Source of the DNA: Eledone cirrhosa
Lineage: Eukaryota
DNA: 64,000 nucleotides
NCBI GenBank assembly: GCA_964016885.1
Contig: OZ024745.1
Location: 129,704,001-129,768,000, forward strand
Reading direction: 5' to 3'
This document shows positions 12,905-25,000 of this stretch, one piece after another. Position numbers and translations under genes: made by a program. Below the pieces are notes generated by a model that saw only the letters and a program-made list of their open reading frames with translations, searched no databases and was not told the origin of the DNA. Within the stretch, counting starts at the first letter, position 1; every line of letters begins with the position of its first letter.

Positions 12905-13379
12905 AAAGCAAGTCCATAGAATCCATGGCTCTGTCTAGTTTATGTATATGTAAACCTATATATTTATAAACTCCCATATGGTTGAGTAACAATTTAGGCA
13001 TTATTCGGCTGCGCTTTCTAGCGACCAACCTATTCACCGTCAGGCACCAATCACAAGCTTTCTGACTTGACCACTGGCCATGTGACAGTTCTTAGCCATT
13101 TTGAATTCGTTTCTGGCGGGGATCATTTAAGAAAAATCTTTGTCCAATTGAGTTTGTTTCCTGATGATTTCGAAACTCGTGAATTTATCCATGTTCGGAT
13201 ATTTCCAAAAAGCGAATGAAAACTCATGGGGTAGAAACATAATTTCGGTATGTTTATGTACATGTTTTCTTCTAACTTTGATGTTGTACCTAATTGTGTA
13301 AGGTTGGCTATATGTCTAATCAATTTCTACGGGCTATTAGAAATACTAGGTAAATCTTCTGTGGCTGTTGATCGCGGAT

Positions 13380-13605
13380 AAAATAGCTATCATTTATTTA
13401 TCTACTATTCTTCATAGGTACATTTTAAACTTATAGCCTCGTTTAATTGATTTTTGTGTGGTTCATTATGCTGATTGGGAAGAGAAATAGTGTATATATT
13501 TTATCAAATGATTCTATGGACAAACTTTCTTATATATTGCTCTGATTATTGATTATTAAATTAATTAATTCGTCATTGAGTCACACCGTGAATGGTTGCC
13601 AATAA
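13380..13605 (-). pseudogene. Possible degenerate PLE RT-thumb remnant
   Basis: Stop-ridden minus frame with GNHS... and IKRGYKFKM, resembling the PLE SNHP...L..SGY motif. Same strand as, and upstream of, the GIY-YIG fragment. Confidence 0.3.
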
Positions 13606-13703
13606 CACACACATATATATATATATATATGGCTCTATCTAGTTTATGTATATGTAAACCTATATATTTATATATATATATACATAAAACATACATACAT
13701 ATG

Positions 13704-13751
<48 letters not shown>

Positions 13752-13804
13752 TATGTGTGTGTGTGTGAGTGTGTGTGTGTATATATATATATACACACAT
13801 TCAT

Positions 13805-13847
<43 letters not shown>

Positions 13848-14349
13848 AAAATGAATAATGACAGAAAATACAACATCGCACGACAATCGTACAAAATATA
13901 TAATCGTATATTCATAGATAACATATTTTTATTTAATTTTCTTTACATGTACTTTGATATAATCATTTATAATACAATTTAACGTCAGATGTATGAAACG
14001 CTTCATACTTACTTTTTCCTCGTTGAATTTGAAATCGTAGGATAATGCCTGAAAGAAAATATCAATAGTACTGGCAAAGTCTAAGAGAAAACGATAGCAC
14101 ACTGCAAACAGCGTGGATATAAGTGCAACCTGTATGATATTTTATGATATATTCTTAACGTTGTATTGTTTCATGCTATGAAATTTTATGCGTATTGTTA
14201 TCATTTTGTTTTTTTGCAGTTATGTTACGTTTCATTCATTTTGTTTATAATATAAGGTTCTCTTGTTTCAAAATTGTATATTTGTTTTTTGTTTCCTTTC
14301 ATGTTATAATGGCCGGAACGAATATTATTTATCTCTTTTAGCACACAAC

Positions 14350-14515
14350 ACGAAAGGAATACTACAGTTTGCTCAGAAATGAAGCTTAAACATTACAGAA
14401 GAAAATATCTCTCGTGAAGTTAAGCTTTTTGATCATAGAAAGAGAATTCGATGGGGCTGAAGAAATCAAGACAAAATGGCAATAGTGCGTTGATATGCAA
14501 AGTGTACTCTTGAAA
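14350..14515 (+). pseudogene. Degenerate mariner transposase C-terminus
   Basis: With one frameshift reads GLKK.KTKWQ*CVDMQ, matching mariner GI.KL..RW.KCV...G. Confidence 0.4.
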
Positions 14516-14654
14516 TACTTGTGGAGATCCGTGCGAAACAAATGTGGTAAATATATAAATATATGTTATTCCTATATGTATGCATATATATATATATATA
14601 TATATATAAATATATATATATAAAAGAAACTTTTCGCTCTACATGGCTGAATAC

Positions 14655-14926
14655 AATAAATGTAATCTGAGATTTTCGAATATTAATAATAACATTCGAT
14701 TCGTATGCAATTATGCAAGCAAGCCTCAATTTTATAGACATGTCAGTAGAATGAACCCTAGAACGAACTCTTGTGTTCTCTATACAGTTCTGTTCACATG
14801 CCAACACAAGAGCATGAATGAAGGGTTCATTCTACTGACATGGCTATAAAATTGAGGCTTGGTTGCACACTTGCAAACGAATCGAATGTTATTATTAATA
14901 TTCGAAAAACTCAGATTACATTTATT
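14655..14926. mobile_element. Fold-back MITE-like element with about 105-bp inverted arms
   Basis: 14655-14759 mirrors 14822-14926, with an extra inner pair ctcttgtgtt/aacacaagag. Related sequence at 29948-30000. Confidence 0.75.
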
Positions 14927-14933
14927 ATATATG

Positions 14934-15106
14934 TGGATTGGCAGTATCGGTAGAGCGTCGGACGCCATGCTTTGACGCAAGAGTTACGGCCCTTGCCATT
15001 CTGAGTTCAAATCCCGCCGAGGTTAACTTTGCCTTTCATCCTTACGGGGTCGATAAAATAAAGTACCAGTAATGTACTGGGATAATTGCAAAAGTAGAAA
15101 CAATTA
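14934..15106 (+). mobile_element. tRNA-derived SINE family 1, near full length
   Basis: A-box-like tggcagtatcgg, B-box gagttcaaatccc, core gcctttcatccttacggggtcgataaaataaagtaccag (resembles Nin/Deu-type conserved SINE cores). Confidence 0.9.
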
Positions 15107-15133
15107 TATATATATATGTATACATATATATAA

Positions 15134-15199
<66 letters not shown>

Positions 15200-15232
15200 A
15201 TACATATATTTTTATGTGTATATTTATATATA

Positions 15233-15281
<49 letters not shown>

Positions 15282-15349
15282 ATATGTCTTTGTATATATA
15301 TATATATGTATATGTGTATATATGTGTGTGTATATATATGTCTTAGGAA

Positions 15350-15570
15350 CGATTCTTAGGAACGATCGACTTTCGTCAAATCGGACCGACGAAAAAATGT
15401 TTCCGTTGGTCTTTCCAATTGCTAATACTGTCTATCGATCGCAACTTCAGATAGAAGGAGCAACATGAAATAAGTGTCTTGCTCAAGGACATAACGCATC
15501 CCCTGGTCCAGGAATCGAACTCAAAACCTCACGATTGCGAATCCAATTCTCTAACCACTCAGGCACTTCA
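15350..15570 (-). mobile_element. tRNA-derived SINE family 2
   Basis: Reverse complement has agtggttagagaattggattcgcaatcgtgaggt..gagttcgattcc and tccttgagcaagacacttatttca. Confidence 0.8.
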
Positions 15571-15799
15571 CACACATATATATATATATATATGTATATA
15601 TGTGTATATATGCATATAAATGTGTGTGTGTGTGTGTGTTTGTGTGAATGTTGCGAAGATAAAACGTCAGCAATGACATGTTCGTCAGAATGTCGTTATG
15701 CAGACAGCCAGACATAAACTAATATATTCTTTCATTGTTCTGTGTCGTGTGCTTATTTATTTCTGTTGAGTTTATGTATACACACACACGGGCGCGCAT

Positions 15800-15885
<86 letters not shown>

Positions 15886-15907
15886 ATATAGAGAGAGAGA
15901 GACAGAG

Positions 15908-16169
<262 letters not shown>

Positions 16170-16280
16170 AAGAATTAGTATATCTACCAACATATATATA
16201 CAGATGCATACCTATGCTCGCAAATATATAGGTTTTGTCTTAGTAACTTTGAGGTTCAATGCAAGGGGATGCACAACAAT

Positions 16281-16585
16281 TATATGAAAGACGTAAAATA
16301 AGAAAATTATAAAAATTAACTTACTAAAATTTCACTCCAACTAATTAGTTTCTGAAAGGGAAGAAACATGGTTTCCGAATGGAACATGGAGAATACCTTT
16401 CGTCATCAGGAAGTCAATTCTCAACGATGCGTGGGAACTTAGCTGAGAATTGACTTCCTGATGACGAAAGGTATTCTCCATGTTCCATTCGGAAACCATG
16501 TTTATTCCCTTTCAGAAACTAATTAGTTGGAGTGAAATTTTAGTAAGTTAATTTTTATAATTTTCTTATTTTAGGTCTTTCATAT
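16281..16585. mobile_element. Near-perfect 143-bp-arm fold-back carrying two inverted HHRs (16334-16414 minus, 16453-16533 plus)
   Basis: Arms 16281-16423 and 16444-16585 with a 20-nt spacer. acttc-CTGATGA-cgaaagg...cctttca-GAAA-C TAATTA G TT-ggagt. Confidence 0.8.
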
Positions 16586-16587
16586 AT

Positions 16588-16786
16588 ATAGGAAAAAGTA
16601 TGACCCCGACGGCAGAGCTCAAGCCGTTTCGACGGCTATTTCTGGACTGAGCCCAGAAATAGCCGTGGAAACGGCTTGAACTCTGCCGTCGGGGTCATAC
16701 TTTTTCCTATTTCCCACTCTTCTACCCTAGGTATTGAGTACTCTGGTGCGTTATGGTCCATCTGGTTCCTTACCACAATTCCTTTG

Positions 16787-16789
<3 letters not shown>
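16588..16789 (+). mobile_element. PLE pLTR-like fold-back, family B (copy 1)
   Basis: Hairpin 16590-16708 (loop 16646-52) containing an HHR 3' half GAAA-CGGC..GCCG-TC-GGGGTC, then an 80-bp tail into (TA)n. Confidence 0.75.
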
Positions 16790-16841
<52 letters not shown>

Positions 16842-16904
16842 CATTGCAATAAAGCAATTGTGGTGAACTAACCCCGTCTTAACTACTCATAATTTGATAT
16901 ATAT

Positions 16905-16964
<60 letters not shown>

Positions 16965-16967
<3 letters not shown>

Positions 16968-17167
16968 AACGAGTAGGACCCCGACGGCTTGCCTCAAGCC
17001 TTTTCGAGAGCTAATTCTGGCTAATTTAGTCCAGAATTAGCCGTCGAAACGGCTTGAGCTCAGCCGTTGGGGTCCTACTCGATCCTATTACCCACTCTAC
17101 TACCCTAACTATTGAGTACTTTGGTGCGATATGGTCCACCTGGTTCCTTACCACATTTCCTTCGTTA
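16965..17167 (+). mobile_element. PLE pLTR-like fold-back, family B (copy 2)
   Basis: Same architecture with loop at 17021-30. GAAA-CGGCT..AGCCG-TT-GGGGTCC. (TA)n on both sides. Confidence 0.75.
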
Positions 17168-17187
17168 TATATATATATATATATATA

Positions 17188-17324
17188 TAATATAATATAT
17201 ATCAAATTATGAGCAGTTAAGACGGGGTTAGTTCACCACAATGGTTTTATTGCATGATATATATTTCTATTACATGGCTATGGAAGTGACTTCATCAGGT
17301 ATTTATACAATTATAGGTGTAGTG

Positions 17325-17326
<2 letters not shown>
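17188..17326 (-). mobile_element. PLE pLTR-like element with degenerate HHR (17251-17303); inverted partial partner at 16847-16912
   Basis: Minus: CTGATGA...GAAA T ATAT A TC then AATAAA; helices I and II are poorly paired. The segment ttgtggtgaactaaccccgtcttaact recurs inverted. Confidence 0.55.
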
Positions 17327-17373
<47 letters not shown>

Positions 17374-17374
17374 A

Positions 17375-17500
<126 letters not shown>

Positions 17501-18273
17501 GAATTAGAACATTACCACTTTCGGTTTCCTTGAAATTGCTGGCATTAATCCATATTTAGAAATCGTCATTTTCCGTATCCCATTTGGTTGAACAAATATT
17601 TAGGATTCAAAAATATTACAAACAATCAAATGTCTATGTTGTGTTCTTCCACTTTATTGATTGGGATGCTCGATACTTGTAGACTTTCAGAATTAAATAG
17701 AGTTTTGTTTATCCTGTATATTAAATATTCTAAATATTTTACCAAATATATAATAGTATTAACAACAAAAGGAATCATTTGGGTGGTATTTTATTTGATT
17801 TATTTATATTTCGAAGTTACTAACAATACGTGAAATGAGAAAATGGCGGATATCACATGACGAACGCAATCATGAAGATATACTATAACAGAAATGAGAC
17901 CTCAACAAAACCAGAAAATTTGATAAAACAATGAAGTATCAAATCAACAGGTTTATATTTCTTGATGAATTCCAAACAAAAAAAAATCAAATTTTATTAA
18001 AGAAAACAATACAAAAAAAAACATAGATACTATAGAAGAAATGTTTTTACTTTATATTTATCTTTTCCTATAGTTGGGTAGATATGATTAAAAGAGACAA
18101 CAACAGAACGAATTGAAAATTTCAATATAAGATTCGTCAGGCCGAGAAATGAGATTTAGTTGGTTGTTCTTTGATGTAGATCACATAAATAAGACTACCG
18201 GGCATTTTAATTCAGAATCATTTACTATTTCGTCTTACTTTTTAAATTTGTTTTTCTTTTTTTCTATTATTTT

Positions 18274-18332
<59 letters not shown>

Positions 18333-18466
18333 TATATATATGAATATATATATATATGAATATATACATATATGAATATATATATATATATATGAATATA
18401 TATGTACATATATATGTGAATATATATATATATATTTGAATATATTAATATATATATATATGAATA

Positions 18467-18569
<103 letters not shown>

Positions 18570-18776
18570 TCATTTATTATTTTATTTCTGCTAACTTACT
18601 AGTTTTTCCTTCATTAAGTCATTAGTAGTGTGTAGAAAGGCTTCGTTGGCCCCAAGAGTCACGATTTAATACATAGACAAAACACACACGCGCACACACA
18701 CACACTATTATATATATTATTATATATATAGTGACGAAACATAAGTCAATTGCATGAACTCATAATCCTTTATTTA

Positions 18777-18901
<125 letters not shown>

Positions 18902-20059
18902 GTGTGTGTGTGGCTGTGAGTGTGTATGTATGGATGTAATTGTTCGTGTTGTTTTTACAATTTTTTTGTGAAAGGTTTTGTGGCTGTATAAAAATATATG
19001 TGAGGATGTAAGTATGTTTGTGTGAGTATGTACTTTTGCCAGTCTCCATATGTGTATGCGTCTATGCGGGCGAACAAAAATATCACTGACCTTAATTTTA
19101 TGCATGTTACGTCTTATGTGTACAGATTTATAATGTTTGAGTTATATGAAGTTTGATGCCTCAATTAATTGAGAGAATGAGATGTAGCGATCCATGAAAC
19201 TGACATGAAATGAATGGGAGACATGTGATTTTTGACAGTGACAATTCCAGTGTAGTATAACCATGTGATGTGAGAGGATATGATGGGAGCCTCCTGGGTG
19301 AGAATGCTATATATGTTTTTCTTCAAAATGTTTGTTTTGGTATTTTTATGCGACTGTAGTGTCGACAGGATGGCGACGGCGTTAGGGTAGATAAAGTGTT
19401 GGGCAACCCAATATGAATTTAGGGAATCATAGCCTAGCATTGTTACTGCTTTGTCTCATGGTTTGAAACTTAACACAACAGTTAACTTTATACTGGTATC
19501 ATATAGGCATAAGTTTCATTAACCTGCTAAGCTGCGTCCCATTCCTTAAGTAGGATTAAATACTATCTGTGATTTAGCAAGGTTCTTTCCGCAGGAATAT
19601 GACATTTCGACTGCTTAAACTTAGTGAGAGAAGATTTAATGTTTGACCCTATAGAATTTAGGTTTCGCTAAAACTTAGTTAATTAAAAATGTAAATTTAT
19701 TGAGACTTATGATTAGTATTCGGGGAATAGCAACGTCTTATACACGTGAGCAAGTCATCTAAGGATCAAAATAATCTACTTGTGTGGAAAAACACTTATC
19801 TGTAAATAGAGTTTGCACGGAAAACTTGAAAAAACAGTGTGAGATAATCATCAATGCAGAAATCATCCATAATATAAAGTATGCACAGTTCGTGTTATAT
19901 GTATTGGCATTTGTGTTCTTGAGTGACCCGAATTAGAGTCTACAGCATTATCATTTACACGTTAAACTGCTCATACACATGCATACATATGTGGCTATGG
20001 ACATTTACGGCGGACATAGGAAATATTGTGAATTTTAAAAAGATAGAGAGAAAGTGACA

Positions 20060-20215
20060 TCCACACGAGTATCCTCCTACTCCAAGTAACTAACTTACCA
20101 TCAGCCTTTGTGTCCCGGCCGACCTTAAGAATACACTGCCCCGGAGGACTGTGAAGGAGACGCGCTGTAACAGCCACTCCAATTCGCAGGGCTTGAACTT
20201 GCGGATAGTCAACTC
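20060..20215 (+). repeat. Unclassified GC-rich interspersed repeat (homolog at 61915-62040, minus)
   Basis: cccc.gaggac.g..a.ggagacgcgct..aa.agccactccaa.tcgc.gggct is shared between the two loci. Confidence 0.6.
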
Positions 20216-20352
20216 CGCTCCAATAACAGTAAGAAGGGATGTGGTCAGGGGGCCTAGAACTTGTACTACAGTTATTTTAAGATGTTGTGATCAGAACTGT
20301 AAAATCAAATCGTTTATCAATAACCTGTAGTTCTTCAGTTTATCTGATCAAT

Positions 20353-20503
20353 GCTTTGACGCATTGAGTTACGGCCCTTTCCATTCTGAGTTCAAATCCC
20401 ACCTAGGTTAACTTAGCCTTTCATCCTTACGGAGTCGATAAAATAAAGTACCAGTAATACACTGGATATGTTGCTGGTCTTGTGCCAAAAGTATAAACAG
20501 TTA
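20353..20503 (+). mobile_element. SINE family 1
   Basis: B-box, core and tail match the consensus. Confidence 0.85.
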
Positions 20504-20905
20504 TCTAATATATTCATACTCTGCATGTTTGACGCTAGAATCAAGTCTAAGAGATTAGTGTATTTTTTCTTGCATATTGTGTGATCGGGTCAACATCATT
20601 GTTATAGTGTACAGCAAGAGTAAACTAATAGATTGTAAACAACACTGTATGTATAGATGATTTGAATAACTCTTTAAGTAGTTGAGTATTTAATATTAAC
20701 TTAAGTAGAGATAGGATTAGAAATATTCAACGTTTAATGGTAATTGGAATAAAGGCAAATATAATTATTAATTTCTCTTCTCAGTATTGTTGACTAGGTG
20801 GGAGAGATAATATAGGATCGTAGATATGTATAAAGACAAGTCAAGTGATAAATTGTGAAACGACTGGTAAATGAAATAATTAACTTATGTTGTTTATTAC
20901 ATAAC

Positions 20906-21028
<123 letters not shown>

Positions 21029-21142
21029 ATATATATATATTTATATATGTATATATGTATATATATTTATATATATATATCATATATGTATATATATATA
21101 TATATATATATCATATATATTTATATATATATATATATATAT

Positions 21143-21227
<85 letters not shown>

Positions 21228-21828
21228 GTGTGTCTGTGTTTGTGTGTGTGTGTGCGTGGTTGTGTGTGAGTGTATGTATGTGTCTGTGTGTGTGTGGTAA
21301 AGAAACCAAAAATAGAAAGCTTTATTGTTCATAAGAACATGTACATAAAGAAATGATGGTAGCGCTATTAACTTTTGTAAGACTATTGACCTACGACCAG
21401 CTTATTCTATCACTATGGGCATGGGGTGTATCATTTATCAAGAAATCTGACATGGTAACAGGTGTTTGTGATAGTAAGATATTTTATCTCCTTATAAACA
21501 GCGAATACAAGATGTATATTAATATAGTCCTATAGGCGAGGGACAGAGGAGTGACACGAAATAATTCTAGATGTCTTTTACTCACATCCTTCTCAATGGG
21601 TGGTATTTCGTTTCCAGTTGTTATAGTTGATATCTTCCCTTTGGCAGTGAATTTATTGGGTACGATAACCATAGCAAGTGTAAAAAGATGAAAAGAATAA
21701 GAACAAAAATGACAGCATCAATAAGACACACACTAGCTCCGAACAACAACAATATCAACAAACAATGGTATCGAAATAACATATATTTACATCTGTCTCT
21801 CTCATTCTCTTTCTCTCCATGTATGTAT

Positions 21829-21910
<82 letters not shown>

Positions 21911-21915
21911 ATATA

Positions 21916-22098
21916 TATAGAAATAACTTCCACAGGACTAGAACTGTTTCATTCCAAGGAAACCATTAGGAAAGCCTTGATGATTTCCTTGGAATGAAAC
22001 AGTCCTAGTCCTGAGAAGCCATTTCTATATTAAATATTTATACTCTGCTATGTATTGAGTACCTACTTACTGTGGCTACCCCAGATTGAACCCCGGAT

Positions 22099-22100
<2 letters not shown>
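21916..22100 (+). mobile_element. PLE pLTR-like fold-back, family C
   Basis: Arms tatagaaat..caggactag.actgtttcattccaaggaaa / tttccttggaatgaaacagt.ctagtcctg..atttctata, centre aggaaagcct. Lies between (TA)n and (AC)n. Confidence 0.75.
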
Positions 22101-22129
<29 letters not shown>

Positions 22130-22789
22130 TATATATACATATATATACATATATTTATATATATAGATGTATATGCAGTATAGAATATGATGTCTGCTTA
22201 AGAACATATATATGACTATAAGTCGAAATACACGTAATTATATATCTGAGTGGTAAGAGAATTGGATTCCCAATCGTGAGGTTGTGAGTTCGATTCATGG
22301 ACCGGGCGATATTCCTTTCCTTGACAGGGTTTTTTCATTTAATTACAAGATATATATTAATATTTATTCTTGATCCTTATCCAGTCTATTTTTTAGGTAT
22401 CAATTTCTTAGACAGGTTTGAATACTCAAGATGCTGTAAGGAGTTTTCTCAAATACACCATCAATTAAATGTTCTGGGATCATTAAGTATTTAGGGTTTT
22501 TAAACATCAGCCACCCTTGCCCAGTTGACTCAGCCTGGCTTGCCCAAGTTCCATTCGATATCCCTGAAAATACTGTTTTTCATAAAAATCTATATGGCTG
22601 CTTCTTCTTCGGCTTATTGAAAGAATCTCCTCTTTGCAGCACCGTTAAAGTCCAACCGACGACGAATAAAGCAAAGAACAAACATCAAAATAAATATCAA
22701 AACTAAAAAATAAAAAAAATAAAACACACTAAGAGGGAAAATTATGAAGATGGATTTAATGCCTAGGAAATAGCTTCAATCTTCCTTTT

Positions 22790-23022
22790 CATCTTCTTCG
22801 CCCATTTATTCCTGAGAAGGAGGCAGAATCTTCAAGCACTCATTCCAGTGGGTCTTGTCAGAAGCTACCGTCTTCAACACATCTGGCTATATCTTCAAGC
22901 GAGACCAGCCAAGGTCATGGATGTTATCCTACCATCTTGCTAGTGGTTTACCCCTGGGCGGTTCTTTCCTGAGACATTCTAACCACATGCCCATAGTATT
23001 GGAGCTGTGAACTCTCAATTTA
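22790..23022 (-). mobile_element. RTE-clade LINE 3' fragment
   Basis: Minus translation IESSQLQYYGHVVRMSQE..PRGKPLARW*DNIHDLGWSRL..W..CLKILPP, ending gaataaatgggcgaagaag. Same family as 42337-42870. Confidence 0.75.
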
Positions 23023-23511
23023 ACTAGAACCAACACAGCCACATCCAATAGTGTATTAAGCCTCTAAATCTAAATCAGTAAAACACAATTAGCAAAATAT
23101 ATTAGAAGTATAGGAAATATTTTTGAATATAAAATTCCATGGATGAAAATTAATATGATAATAACGTACATGTCAAAAAACCAAAAAAAAACAAAACAAA
23201 ATACGGTGAAAGCTTCTATTTCTATTTCAAACTTCGTTCACTGTTTCAAAATCAAACTCACTTGGAATTAATTAATATTTATCGGGAAAAGGAGAACATT
23301 AATTGCAAAGTATTCAAGAGCTGTGTTATACGTAAGTTAGTACTTAAGGGTTTTTTAAAGAAAATAATTCAATGTGTGCTATAAAATTTCCAAATAACCC
23401 CAATAAAATGTCAATGAAATAAATGGAAATTTGAAATAAATGAGTGAGAAATATATATCTCAAATACAACTATTTGAGATATATATATATCTCACTTATT
23501 TATTTCAAATC

Positions 23512-23620
23512 TCACTTCAGAAGCTCTCTACATTCCAGAACCACATCATTAGACTTATGACTGGCAAGCGGCTCAGCGATCGTATCTGTATCAGTGAGCT
23601 GCTCAACATTGCGCAGCTCT
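23512..23620 (+). mobile_element. RTE-like LINE ORF fragment
   Basis: LQKLSTFQNHIIRLMTGKRLSDRICISELL fits the RTE motif KL..F...LR.I.G....DRI...E.L. Confidence 0.5.
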
Positions 23621-24350
23621 GTAACTGGTGGAGTTTAGCGTCACAAGAGTGAGAAATATAAAGGTTTACGGAGCGAGAGATCTCAGGATTTATATTTTGT
23701 GAGAGAGAAAGAAAGAGAGAGAGGGGGCGGGATAAAAGAGAGAGAGACAGAAAGAATAGGAAGTCAAATGTATATAAAACAAGTATTTTTCAGGATTATC
23801 AATGAAAAGTTTAACAATTATAAGAGAAAGAGAGAACGAGAGAGAGAACGAGAGAGAAAGAGAGAGAAAGAGAGAGAAATAGAAAGAGAAAGAGAGAGAA
23901 GGAGGAATACAAACGTATATGAAAAAATTATTTTTCATAATCGTTGAAAAGTTTAACAATTAGAAGAGAGAGAGAGAGAGAAGGAGGATGTCAAACATAT
24001 ATTACAGAAGTATTTTTCAGAATTATCGTTGAAAAGTTTAACAATTATAATTTACGAGAGAAACTAGAAGTGTTTCTGTTTAAGTAATTACAGAAAAAAA
24101 TTTCTATTTTGAAAATGTAAGCAAATTTATGTATTTATATTGTAAATATATCAGAAATATAGAATATTTTATATATTTCTTATAATATTTCTTACCGTAG
24201 AGAAATTAAGAGGAAGTATATGTTGCTTTTATCCCACAACAAATAGTTAATGGAAACAATATATAGGTTCCCTGAAGGCAATGTTGTAGATCGATAAACT
24301 AAGGTATAAAGTTAATAAATAAGATTATTAAAAAAAAAAACAGAAGAAAT

Positions 24351-25000
24351 ATAATGGTTTCTTATATAGGCACAAGGCCAGCAATTTGGGAGGAGGAGAA
24401 TGTTGATTAAATCGACCCCAGTTCATGACTGGTACTTTATTTTATCGACCCCGTAAGGATGACAGGCAAAGTTAACCTCGGCAGGATTTGAACTTAGACC
24501 GAAAAGGGACGTAACTCGGTCTAAGTTCAAATCCCACCGAGGTTAACTTTGATAATAATAATGGTTTCTGATTAAGGTACAAGTCCAGCAATATTTTTCG
24601 GGGGGAGGGGGAAGTCGATAAAATTGACATCAGTGCATTACTGGTACATTTTATCGACCCTGTAAGGATGAAATACAAAGCTAACCTTGGCAGGATCTGA
24701 ATTTAGCAAATAAAGGAAGGTAACTATATATGTTGTCCGATGCTCTACTATGCCAATCGTCATGACCCTTATTAATAATTTAAAAAGTTCTATCATTCGC
24801 ACAAGGGCAGCAATTTGAGGAAATCAGGAAGAGGATTATATCAACCCCAGTACTTATATGGTTCTATATTTCATCGTCCTCAGATGGAGGAGGGGCAAAG
24901 TTCACCTCCACGTGATTTGAACTCAGAAGTTAGAATGGCGTAACTATAAGCTGCAACAGATTTTGTCCATCATTCTATCAATTTTGTTAATCCATCGCCT
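24351..25000 (-). mobile_element. Cluster of three SINE family 1 copies
   Basis: Reverse-complement consensus repeated at about 24351, 24557 and 24790. Confidence 0.8.

Noticed and set aside
21585-21680. Exon-like minus segment ending in GAT|GTGAGT with an upstream pyrimidine tract
   Set aside because: The tract ends in AC rather than AG and the peptide is unrecognised
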